35,123 bases of DNA from a virus (Duplodnaviria; Heunggongvirae; Uroviricota; Caudoviricetes): IMG/VR virus record IMGVR_UViG_3300048591_000212; one strand, written 5' to 3'. Positions 1-8,357 of this stretch are shown one piece after another. Under the pieces are notes generated by a model, which worked only from the letters and a program-made list of their open reading frames with translations, was not told the DNA's origin and searched no databases. How positions within the stretch are numbered: position 1 is the stretch's first letter; each line of letters begins with the position of its first letter. Position numbers and translations under genes: made by a program.

Positions 1-2
1 AG

Positions 3-410
3 TGGTATCGAGATTGGGGATGGGTGGCTCCTGATGGAGATATTATTTCTGGTCTGATGCGAAAGGATATGACAACGCACGAACAGCTTTATAAGGATAT
101 TGTTGGTGAGACGAGATATAAGAAATATAAAAGAATCTCATTGTCAAATGCGCTCGTCAAGTATGGCTGGATTCGGTGGTTCACTTACAAAAATCCTGAT
201 GGATATTATGTTTTGACCTGTGTTGGCATTAATCACGAAGGAATAGACAAAAAAATCACCAAGCTCTATCGACACGTGAAAAAGGATATTTCATATATCG
301 AAATTGATCTGGTTCTAAGTAATAAGAAGACTCATAAGTTCTTTTCGGGTTCGAATCTGGAAGAGGTTCTTCGGGAATTTTCGGCGTATGTGAATAAGGG
401 AAAAGGATGA
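3..410 (+). CDS. 5'-truncated protein carrying the WGWxxPDG...H...GWIR domain
   Basis: Frame 3 is open from the window start (WYRDWGWVAPDGDIIS...HEQL...YGWIRW). The same motif occurs twice in the C-terminus of 1306..4290. Confidence 0.75.
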   Translation, partial: WYRDWGWVAPDGDIISGLMRKDMTTHEQLYKDIVGETRYKKYKRISLSNALVKYGWIRWFTYKNPDGYYVLTCVGINHEGIDKKITKLYRHVKKDISYIEIDLVLSNKKTHKFFSGSNLEEVLREFSAYVNKGKG

Positions 411-1309
411 AAACATTCAAAGAACACGCAAACATATATATAACCGAATCAGCAAGAAATAGTTATGAGGGAGTCTATGAGCCAATTAATAGTAAAGAAG
501 CTGTTCGGCTTCATGGTGACATTCTGAGGAAGTATTTTTCTGGTAAAAATAAAATATACCGTGGAGCTTTGGCGAAAAACTTTTTACCAGACAACAGTGT
601 TTATTATGGTCATGGAGAAAAGATACAAAGAAAGAGTGCATTTGCCGATAACAATCTTTATACAATTCTTATGTCAGAGATTTTGCCGTCATGGAGATCA
701 TATCCGAAGAGAAACAATTCATTTATTTGTACGAATAGTACCGAAAAGGCAGTTGACTACGGAAGAGTCTTTCACCATATTCCGTTGGAGAATCAAAAAA
801 TTGCTATATGTGCTGCCCCGGATTTGTGGGGAGCATTTGACTATATGAGGGATAAAATTGATGTTTATATTTTGAATGATTTCAATCATGAAATCTATAA
901 GTTTTTTTCGGTTATTATCGCTAAAGGTGGATTTTCCGAATACATTAAACTTACAGATGAAGTTTTTGATTCAAAGGATTCCACTATTAGATTATTTAAT
1001 ATGGTTGAAAACTATCTTAACACAAATAAAAACGCTGAAAAAATTTTGAAAGATGTTCCGAGCTTTTATCCAAAAGTCAGAAAAATTCTCAAAGTGATTG
1101 CTGATACACCAAACTTTTCTTTTATTGATTATTTTGATGATCTAATGAAACCAACAAACAATGATTTTGGTTTGAAAACTTTTGATGAATACATTACAAA
1201 TCATTCGTCCGATTCTGAATCAGAACTGTGGTTTAGTGGTAAATGCTTAGTGGTTGAATCAAACTTTGATACGATAAATTTTATGCGAAGGGAGCTTGAT
1301 TTGAAATGA
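407..1309 (+). CDS. Putative internal head protein, possible ADP-ribosyltransferase-like fold
   Basis: N-terminus MKTFKEHANIYITES resembles the T4 internal-protein capsid-targeting leader. IYRG / SFICTNS / ESELWF are spaced like an R-S-E ART triad (inference). ATGA coupling with the upstream gene. Confidence 0.55.
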   Translation: MKTFKEHANIYITESARNSYEGVYEPINSKEAVRLHGDILRKYFSGKNKIYRGALAKNFLPDNSVYYGHGEKIQRKSAFADNNLYTILMSEILPSWRSYPKRNNSFICTNSTEKAVDYGRVFHHIPLENQKIAICAAPDLWGAFDYMRDKIDVYILNDFNHEIYKFFSVIIAKGGFSEYIKLTDEVFDSKDSTIRLFNMVENYLNTNKNAEKILKDVPSFYPKVRKILKVIADTPNFSFIDYFDDLMKPTNNDFGLKTFDEYITNHSSDSESELWFSGKCLVVESNFDTINFMRRELDLK

Positions 1310-4290
1310 AAACATTCAAGCAAGTATTGACCGAGGCCCAGAACATAGACAAGGCCGTTGAAATTCTTCGGAATACCATCAAAGGAACCGAATGGGAGAA
1401 TCGTCTCTTTATAGCCGGGGGAGCTATTCGTGATGAACTTTTGGGAAAAGAAGTAAAGGACGTTGACTTTGTGGTTGATGGTGGCCCAGAAGCCGGAATG
1501 GATGCCGCAACCTTTATTGCCAAGAAACTCGGAGTATTCAAACAGGATTCAAATCCGGTTTTGTTTCCTACCTATGGCACAGCCAAGTTAACAATGAACG
1601 TGGATGGAGAGCCAATTGATATTGAATTTGTGGCACCCAGAACTGAAAAATACGAACCGGGCAGTCGAAAGCCTTTGGTGTCTCCGGGTACTCTCGACGA
1701 CGATGCTCACCGTCGAGATTTTACAGTAAATGCTCTTTTCAAAAATCTCACAACAAATGAAATTCTCGACCTGACGGGCAGAGGACTAACTGATCTCAAG
1801 AATAAGATTCTTCAGACAACCGGGAATGCCGACTGGATTTTCTCGGAAGATCCTCTGAGAATTCTGAGGGCCGTTCGGTTTGCCCTGAAGTACGACTTTC
1901 GGCTTCCTCTGGATGTTATTAAAGCAATCAAGAAAGCCTCACCTGATTTGGCAAATATTTCAGCCGAGAGAATTCAGGACGAATTAAAGAAGATTCTGGT
2001 TCTGGATAAGCCATCAAGAGCCATTCGTTTGTTCAAGATGACCGGAATTCTGAAGATGATTTTGCCGGAATTACAGGAATTGGTTGGCCTGAAACAAAAT
2101 ATGTACCATAAGGATGATGCTTTTTATCATACTTTGGAAGTTCTGGATAATACTCCTGCGGAATTTTCCAGAAGACTTTCAGCCCTGTTTCATGACATTG
2201 GAAAGGCCGCAACTCGTACCGAAAAGGACGGCAAGGTTCAGTTTATTGGACACGCCAATGTCGGTGCTGAGATAGCAAAGAAGGCAATGAAGAGATTGAA
2301 ATATCCGAATGATATTATTGATATGGTTGCCGATATGACAAAGTACCACATGGATCTAAAGTCTGCTGGACCTGAGGCCGAGTTATTAAAGGATTCTACT
2401 CTGAGAAAATTTGTATTTCGTGTGGCAGATAGACTTGAACCATTGTTAGATGTGATTCATGCCGACAATATTTCCCATACTCCAGAATATTCTATGCCGA
2501 AGCAGATTGAAATTATTCGAAAAAAGCTGGCAAACATGGATATTAATTCTATTTTGAATACCAAGTCGATTCTGGATGGAAATGAGATTAAGGAACTTGG
2601 TGCAGTCGGCAAGGAAATTCGTGAAATAAAGGACAGAATTCTGACCAAGGTTCTGGAAAATCCAGAATTTACTCGGCAACAGGCAGTCGGTTTGGCTAAG
2701 AATATGATTGATTCTTTTAGGAAAAAGAAGTTGTCTGAAAATACTCAAGAAGATGATCTTTGGGAGGTTAAGCGTGGAGCTTTGGATAAGAGAGATGAAA
2801 CCTATCGCCTAATGGTTGGTCTGCTTGGGGTTCAGGTAGACTCCCAGACCCGAAAGGTTTATTCTCCACCGGAATACATGATTCGGAGATTCAAGAAAAA
2901 GAAAATTACTGATACTCTGTACCAGACAATCAATTCGAATGGTTCTGAAATCTATACAATATGGAACGAAAAGACCGATATTCCGATTGCCTATCTAAAA
3001 CTACTGAAGGCCGACCTATTCGGAATTCCTGTGAAGAAAGTTAATATTGCCTTTGTACATCCGAGACATCAGGGCAAGGGAATTATGAAAGGAATATATA
3101 CCACTCTGATTCAGCAGCGGGGAATGACCTTTATTACAGGAGACTATCAATCCGCTGGTGCCGAGAAGCTATGGAAATCTCTCTATAATACCAATGAGAT
3201 TGAAGTATTTGCCATTAGCGAGGACGGAAAGATTTTGGAGGTAAGGCCGACGGCGAATGGTCTCGAAGGAATAAATGGCGAAGACTTGTTTGATTATAAT
3301 CGCGATTCATATAAAGATAACTATACTCTGGTAGCTACCATAAACAAGGAGAAATTCTCCGAGGGCCTGAATGAAGACATTTTTTCTTTTCATGAATACG
3401 ATGATTGGGGATTCATTAAGCCGGATGGATCTCTGCTGTCGGCGGTGTCTACTCCAGCAGTTAGAAAATTCGTTGATCGGAAAAACTCCAAGAACTTCTT
3501 TGTTCCCAGATTTGGGGCCATGCACTATGATGTTTTAGGAAAATTCTATTCATCATTTGATTTGAAAAAGAAACAGGAGCATAATTTTTTTGAGGCATTT
3601 AAGGAAGGATGGGTTCGGTATATCATTAATGATAATGAATTATTTCTGCACCTGAAGCCCGGAAGTATCGTTCCTGAAAATGTTCTGAAGGGAATTAGGC
3701 AGATGATATATCCGTTTTCAGTGGTCAATTTTGATTTTCAAAAGAATCTAAGGACCACAAAGAAAACGACCATTGAGCGGGCCAATCTGAACAAAATCAA
3801 GAATGTCATCAGTAATCATCCAGATGCAGCCGAGGCCCCAAAGAGAAAGTCCCTCAAGGAAGCCGACGCCCATCCGAAGCATAGAGAATGGGGCTGGATT
3901 CTTCCGAATGGTCAGATTCTTTCAAATAAGTCCACACCAGAAGTAATCGAATTCATTGAAGGAACACCTGATTTGGTTCATCATTTTGAGGTACTTCAGG
4001 AATTTACGAACTTTGATAGAATGTCGGACGTGCTGGAGGAGGGCGGCGTTCGCTTTATCGTAGAAGGAAATACTGCCTTTTTGGATATATATCCACCAGC
4101 AATCGAGCCGAGATTCATTTATACAAAAGCGACATTCTTGATAAATTGGGTATTTGTCAAAAAAGTCATAATCGGCTTCAATGACTATTCTGATTATTCT
4201 CAGGAAGGCTGGATGGAATTTAATTCCACGCCGAAGAGTCTACTGAATGATCTGAAGGAAATCAAGGCCAAGTACAATGAGGAAGAATAA
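1306..4290 (+). CDS. cca: CCA tRNA nucleotidyltransferase (class II, with HD domain) fused to a GNAT acetyltransferase and two repeated unknown domains
   Basis: Motifs GGAIRD..DVD, RRDFTVNAL, EDPLRILRAVRF and FHDIGK. GNAT motif A VHPRHQGKGIMK. Two DWGFIKPDG / EWGWILPNG domains. Confidence 0.9.
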   Translation: MKTFKQVLTEAQNIDKAVEILRNTIKGTEWENRLFIAGGAIRDELLGKEVKDVDFVVDGGPEAGMDAATFIAKKLGVFKQDSNPVLFPTYGTAKLTMNVDGEPIDIEFVAPRTEKYEPGSRKPLVSPGTLDDDAHRRDFTVNALFKNLTTNEILDLTGRGLTDLKNKILQTTGNADWIFSEDPLRILRAVRFALKYDFRLPLDVIKAIKKASPDLANISAERIQDELKKILVLDKPSRAIRLFKMTGILKMILPELQELVGLKQNMYHKDDAFYHTLEVLDNTPAEFSRRLSALFHDIGKAATRTEKDGKVQFIGHANVGAEIAKKAMKRLKYPNDIIDMVADMTKYHMDLKSAGPEAELLKDSTLRKFVFRVADRLEPLLDVIHADNISHTPEYSMPKQIEIIRKKLANMDINSILNTKSILDGNEIKELGAVGKEIREIKDRILTKVLENPEFTRQQAVGLAKNMIDSFRKKKLSENTQEDDLWEVKRGALDKRDETYRLMVGLLGVQVDSQTRKVYSPPEYMIRRFKKKKITDTLYQTINSNGSEIYTIWNEKTDIPIAYLKLLKADLFGIPVKKVNIAFVHPRHQGKGIMKGIYTTLIQQRGMTFITGDYQSAGAEKLWKSLYNTNEIEVFAISEDGKILEVRPTANGLEGINGEDLFDYNRDSYKDNYTLVATINKEKFSEGLNEDIFSFHEYDDWGFIKPDGSLLSAVSTPAVRKFVDRKNSKNFFVPRFGAMHYDVLGKFYSSFDLKKKQEHNFFEAFKEGWVRYIINDNELFLHLKPGSIVPENVLKGIRQMIYPFSVVNFDFQKNLRTTKKTTIERANLNKIKNVISNHPDAAEAPKRKSLKEADAHPKHREWGWILPNGQILSNKSTPEVIEFIEGTPDLVHHFEVLQEFTNFDRMSDVLEEGGVRFIVEGNTAFLDIYPPAIEPRFIYTKATFLINWVFVKKVIIGFNDYSDYSQEGWMEFNSTPKSLLNDLKEIKAKYNEEE

Positions 4291-4292
4291 TT

Positions 4293-5909
4293 ATGCCACA
4301 AGAGAAAATATACTATCTAAATCCGAACATCAAAAAGTCCAATGTCGTCGAACAGTTCACTGAAGAACAGGTTCAGGAATATATCAGGTGTTCTAAAGAT
4401 CCTATCTATTTCATTGAGAAATATGTGAAAATTATCTCAATTGATCATGGTCTGATTACCATAAAATTGGCCGAATTTCAAAAGGGACTGATAGATAAGT
4501 ATATGTCTAATCGTTTCAACATCATCACTGCTTCGAGGCAGGCATACAAGACAACTACAACTGTAGTATTTATGTTATGGTATTCAATATTTCATGATAA
4601 TAAGTTTATTGCTATTCTTGCAAATAAGGCCGAGACCGCCAGAGAAATTCTGGATAGAATCTATACTGCCTTGGAGCATGTGCCATTCTTTCTTCAGCCG
4701 GGTGTAAAGGAGTTAAATAAAGGCTCTGTTGAATTTGGAAATGGAACAAAGATTATGGCCTCGGCTACATCCAAAAGTTCTATTCGTGGTCGCTCGGTTG
4801 CTCTTTTGTATATTGACGAATATGCCTTCGTAGATAATGCGGAAGAATTTTTTAGGTCCACCTTTCCGACAATTTCATCTGGTGCCGAATCAAGAGTCAT
4901 TATTTCGTCAACTCCTCTCGGCCTAAACCATTTCTATAAATTATGGAAAGATTCAAACGAGGGCAGAAATAAGTTTGTTCCAACTCAGATTGAATGGTAT
5001 GACGTTCCGGGAAGGGATGAAAAATGGAAACAGGAGCAACTTGAGATTCTCGGAGAGCATGACTTCCGACAAGAATATGGAAATGAGTTCTTGGGGTCGG
5101 CGAATACTTTAATTGCTGGCTGGAAGCTCAAGGAAATGACACACGAGACTCCAATTCGATCCGACCTACATTATACAATAATCGAAGATCCCAAACCAGA
5201 TAATTCCTATATAGCAGTAGTGGATGGTTCCAGAGGAATCAATAATGATTATTCTACTATAACTGTTGTTAATATTACTGAATATCCTTTCCGAGTTGTC
5301 GCCACATATCGGAACAATGAGATTTCTACTCTGCTGTTTCCGAGACTGATTGTGGATTTTTGTAAAAAATACAATGATGCCTACTTATTAATTGAAAGAA
5401 ATAACATGGGCGATGCTATTGCCAAGGAATGTTATTACGAAGAGGGCTACGAAAATGTAATCTGTGCTAAGTCCGGTGGACGAAGGGGCCAGATTACTTC
5501 CCTTTCCCCAAAAAAGGACACTCTGCCGGGAGTTGAGATGACCAAATCAGTAAAGAGAATTGGTTGTTCAATTCTCAAAAATCTAGTAGAGGACGACAAA
5601 CTCATTTCCTTTACCGAGGACATTATTCTGGAATTGTATAATTTTGTTGGAAAGGCCGACACATTTCAGGCCGACGAGGATAAGCATGATGATTTGGTGA
5701 TGAATCTGGTTCTGTTCTGCTGGTTTGCCGACCAGCCACTATTTAAGGAAATTGCTGATATTAGTATTCGGGGCAAGATACGGGAGCCTGATCCAGAAAC
5801 CAAAATTCATATATACCAGTCACTCTCGGACGAAGACGAGGCAGTTAATTTATATAATGATGAATTGGCCGAGACCTTTCGATTGTTGGGTATAACTTCT
5901 CCTTCCTAG
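4293..5909 (+). CDS. gp17: Terminase large subunit (T4 gp17-like)
   Basis: DPIYFIEKY, Walker A-like SRQAYKT, Walker B LLYIDEYAF, SSTPLG, FRQEY, HDDLVM; located before the sheath gene. Confidence 0.95.
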   Translation: MPQEKIYYLNPNIKKSNVVEQFTEEQVQEYIRCSKDPIYFIEKYVKIISIDHGLITIKLAEFQKGLIDKYMSNRFNIITASRQAYKTTTTVVFMLWYSIFHDNKFIAILANKAETAREILDRIYTALEHVPFFLQPGVKELNKGSVEFGNGTKIMASATSKSSIRGRSVALLYIDEYAFVDNAEEFFRSTFPTISSGAESRVIISSTPLGLNHFYKLWKDSNEGRNKFVPTQIEWYDVPGRDEKWKQEQLEILGEHDFRQEYGNEFLGSANTLIAGWKLKEMTHETPIRSDLHYTIIEDPKPDNSYIAVVDGSRGINNDYSTITVVNITEYPFRVVATYRNNEISTLLFPRLIVDFCKKYNDAYLLIERNNMGDAIAKECYYEEGYENVICAKSGGRRGQITSLSPKKDTLPGVEMTKSVKRIGCSILKNLVEDDKLISFTEDIILELYNFVGKADTFQADEDKHDDLVMNLVLFCWFADQPLFKEIADISIRGKIREPDPETKIHIYQSLSDEDEAVNLYNDELAETFRLLGITSPS

Positions 5910-6001
5910 AAAACCTATTTTTCATAAATAGATAGACAGACAAATACAAGATACACAAAGAGATTTTTGATATATTGTAATCTATTTTAGGAGAAAAAAA
6001 T

Positions 6002-7693
6002 ATGACGACATTTTTTAATTCCCCACAAGTTGCCACAAGAGAGGTAGACCTAACTACTTCCGTTGTGGCACCTGCCTCTGGCACCGTGGCGATTGCTGGT
6101 GCCTTTACTTGGGGTCCGGTTAAACAAATTGTGAATGTTGGTTCAGAAGATGAAGTGGTGAGCATCTTCAGAAAACCAGATAATGATACAGCGGCAACCT
6201 TCTTCACCCTAGCAAATGCTCTTTCCTATACCGGAAATGCCAGAGTCGTTCGTGTTGGAGCATCTGGAATGATCAATGCAACATCCGGTTCGACTGGCGT
6301 TCTGGTAGAAAACGAAACTGATTATACTCAGAATCATTCTGCCGGAATTTCTGGAACAACATGGGTTGCAAAATATCCGGGTACTTTGGGAAATTCAATT
6401 GGGGTGTCAATCTGCGATCAGCAAAAGTTCGCTAATTGGTCCTTTGCTGGATTTTTCTCTTCGGCTCCGTCAACGAGTTCCTTTGCTGCCAGAACAAATG
6501 CCAATGCAAATGATGAATTACATATTGTGGTTTATGATGCAACCGGAGCAATTACCGGATCGGCAAATACGATTCTCGAAAAATATGAATTCGTTTCCAA
6601 GGCCGCTGGAGCCAAGACCGAAAATGGAGAAAATAACTATTACAAGGACGTAATTAACAGAAAGTCCGAATGGATCTGGTGGGGAAATCACCATGCTGGT
6701 GCTACCGCTCCCGGCGTGGCATGGGGTTCGACTGTTCCGGGGGCAACTGGCTTTGCTACCTTTGGGGCAACTGGCCCGATCTATCAGACCTTGGCTGGTG
6801 GTGTTGATGCAAATGTTCTTCAGTCGGCTCATGAAATCGCCGGATATGATCTGTTTAAGCCAGATAATGTTGAATATGATTTTCTGATGGCTGGTGGATC
6901 TCTACCAACAACGGTCGAATATCTGATCGATAATATTGCCGAAGTTCGTAAGGACGTTATTGTTACGCTGTCCCCTGAAAAGGATGACGTTGTGGATAAT
7001 TTCGAATCCGAGGTAACCGACACGACTGCTTTCAGAAATACTCTGAATTCTTCGACCTATGCGTTTTTGGATTCGGGCTGGAAGTACCAGTATGACAAGT
7101 ACAATGATGTGTTCCGCTGGATTCCTCTCAATGGTGATACCGCTGGCCTGATGGCTCGTGTTGATCCTTGGGTGTCTCCTGCTGGCCTAAATCGTGGATT
7201 CGTCAAGAATGTTTTCAAGATGGCATGGGAGCCTTCGAAGGCAGATCGGGATCTGATCTATCCGGTTGGTATTAATCCGGTAATGACTGTAGAGGGACAA
7301 GGAGTTGTTCTGTTTGGAGATCGAATGATGACTTCGAAACCTTCGGCCTTCAGAGACGTGAATGTTCGCAGATTGTTTATTCTTTTGAGAAAGGCAATCT
7401 CCAGAACTGCCCAATTCACTTTGTTTGAATTGAATAATGAATTCACGCGGGCGCGTTTTGTGGCAACCGTCGAGCCTTTCCTGAGAGACCTAAAGGGCCG
7501 TGGGGCAATCATCGATGGTCTGGTAAAATGTGACGACAAGAACAATACTCCACAGGTAATTAACACCAATTCATTTGTGGCTGATATTTTTATTAAGCCG
7601 CCACGCAGCATCAACTATATCCGACTGAACTTCATTGCGGTTCCAGAAGGAATTAGCCTGACAGAGATCGCAGGATCTAACCAATTATTCTAA
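6002..7693 (+). CDS. gp18: Tail sheath protein
   Basis: SPQVATREVDLT, GAFTWGP, KYQYDKYND..RWIPLNGD, SPAG..RG, NVRRLF. Confidence 0.95.
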   Translation: MTTFFNSPQVATREVDLTTSVVAPASGTVAIAGAFTWGPVKQIVNVGSEDEVVSIFRKPDNDTAATFFTLANALSYTGNARVVRVGASGMINATSGSTGVLVENETDYTQNHSAGISGTTWVAKYPGTLGNSIGVSICDQQKFANWSFAGFFSSAPSTSSFAARTNANANDELHIVVYDATGAITGSANTILEKYEFVSKAAGAKTENGENNYYKDVINRKSEWIWWGNHHAGATAPGVAWGSTVPGATGFATFGATGPIYQTLAGGVDANVLQSAHEIAGYDLFKPDNVEYDFLMAGGSLPTTVEYLIDNIAEVRKDVIVTLSPEKDDVVDNFESEVTDTTAFRNTLNSSTYAFLDSGWKYQYDKYNDVFRWIPLNGDTAGLMARVDPWVSPAGLNRGFVKNVFKMAWEPSKADRDLIYPVGINPVMTVEGQGVVLFGDRMMTSKPSAFRDVNVRRLFILLRKAISRTAQFTLFELNNEFTRARFVATVEPFLRDLKGRGAIIDGLVKCDDKNNTPQVINTNSFVADIFIKPPRSINYIRLNFIAVPEGISLTEIAGSNQLF

Positions 7694-7706
7694 GGAAAGA
7701 GAAACC

Positions 7707-7744
7707 ATTTATAGAAGGGAATTTCGAAATTCCCTTCTATAAAT
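7707..7744. repeat. Perfect 38-bp palindrome containing a late promoter (terminator/cruciform candidate)
   Basis: ATTTATAGAAGGGAATTT-CG-AAATTCCCTTCTATAAAT. Confidence 0.9.
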
Positions 7745-7745
7745 A
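7738..7745 (+). promoter_or_regulatory. T4-type late promoter TATAAATA
   Basis: Exact motif 20 nt upstream of the gp19 start. Confidence 0.8.
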
Positions 7746-7764
7746 AAAGAGGAAAACAAGAAAT

Positions 7765-8286
7765 ATGGCTTTTAATCTACCTAATTTTATTTCGTCATTG
7801 GTTGGAGAAGGCGCACGTCCTACTCTTTTTGAGGCAAGAATCTTCTTTGAAGGTTTCACTCAGGACAACTTCGCCTTCAAATGCAAGGCGACACAGCTTC
7901 CCGGAGTAACCACCGGGGTTATCGAAGTACCCTATTTTGGACGAAAGATCAAGGTTCCCGGCGACAAGACGTTTGTGGAATGGACGGTCACTGTTATTAA
8001 TGATGAATCCTTTGCGGCACGAAAGGCTTTTCAGTCATGGCAGTCTGGTATTAACCAGCATGTTGCGAATATTCGTACCAATACCAATCTGTATGCCGAT
8101 GCCGAGATTATTCAGTATGCCAAGACTGGCGAAGAATTAGAAAAATTCAAGCTAGTTGGTTGCTGGCCTGCGGATATTTCTCCGGTTGAAGTCTCTTGGG
8201 AATCGAATGATGCCCTTGAGGAATATACCGTGACGCTTCAGTACCAGTGGTGGGAACATCTGGGAACAACTGATTCGGCAAGCTAA
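7765..8286 (+). CDS. gp19: Tail tube protein
   Basis: GARPTLF, IEVPYFGRKIKVPGDKTFVEWTVTVINDE, VTLQYQWW. Confidence 0.95.
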   Translation: MAFNLPNFISSLVGEGARPTLFEARIFFEGFTQDNFAFKCKATQLPGVTTGVIEVPYFGRKIKVPGDKTFVEWTVTVINDESFAARKAFQSWQSGINQHVANIRTNTNLYADAEIIQYAKTGEELEKFKLVGCWPADISPVEVSWESNDALEEYTVTLQYQWWEHLGTTDSAS

Positions 8287-8291
8287 TAGCA

Positions 8292-8325
8292 TTGTTGAGT
8301 GTTGCGGAATATCGGCGCTCAACAA
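8292..8325 (+). promoter_or_regulatory. Hairpin in the gp19-gp20 intergenic region
   Basis: TTGTTGAGTGTTG / CGGCGCTCAACAA, a 13-bp stem whose G-U pairs favour the + strand. Confidence 0.6.
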
Positions 8326-8357
8326 CTACTCCACAGAGAAAAGGAACCACAATATAA

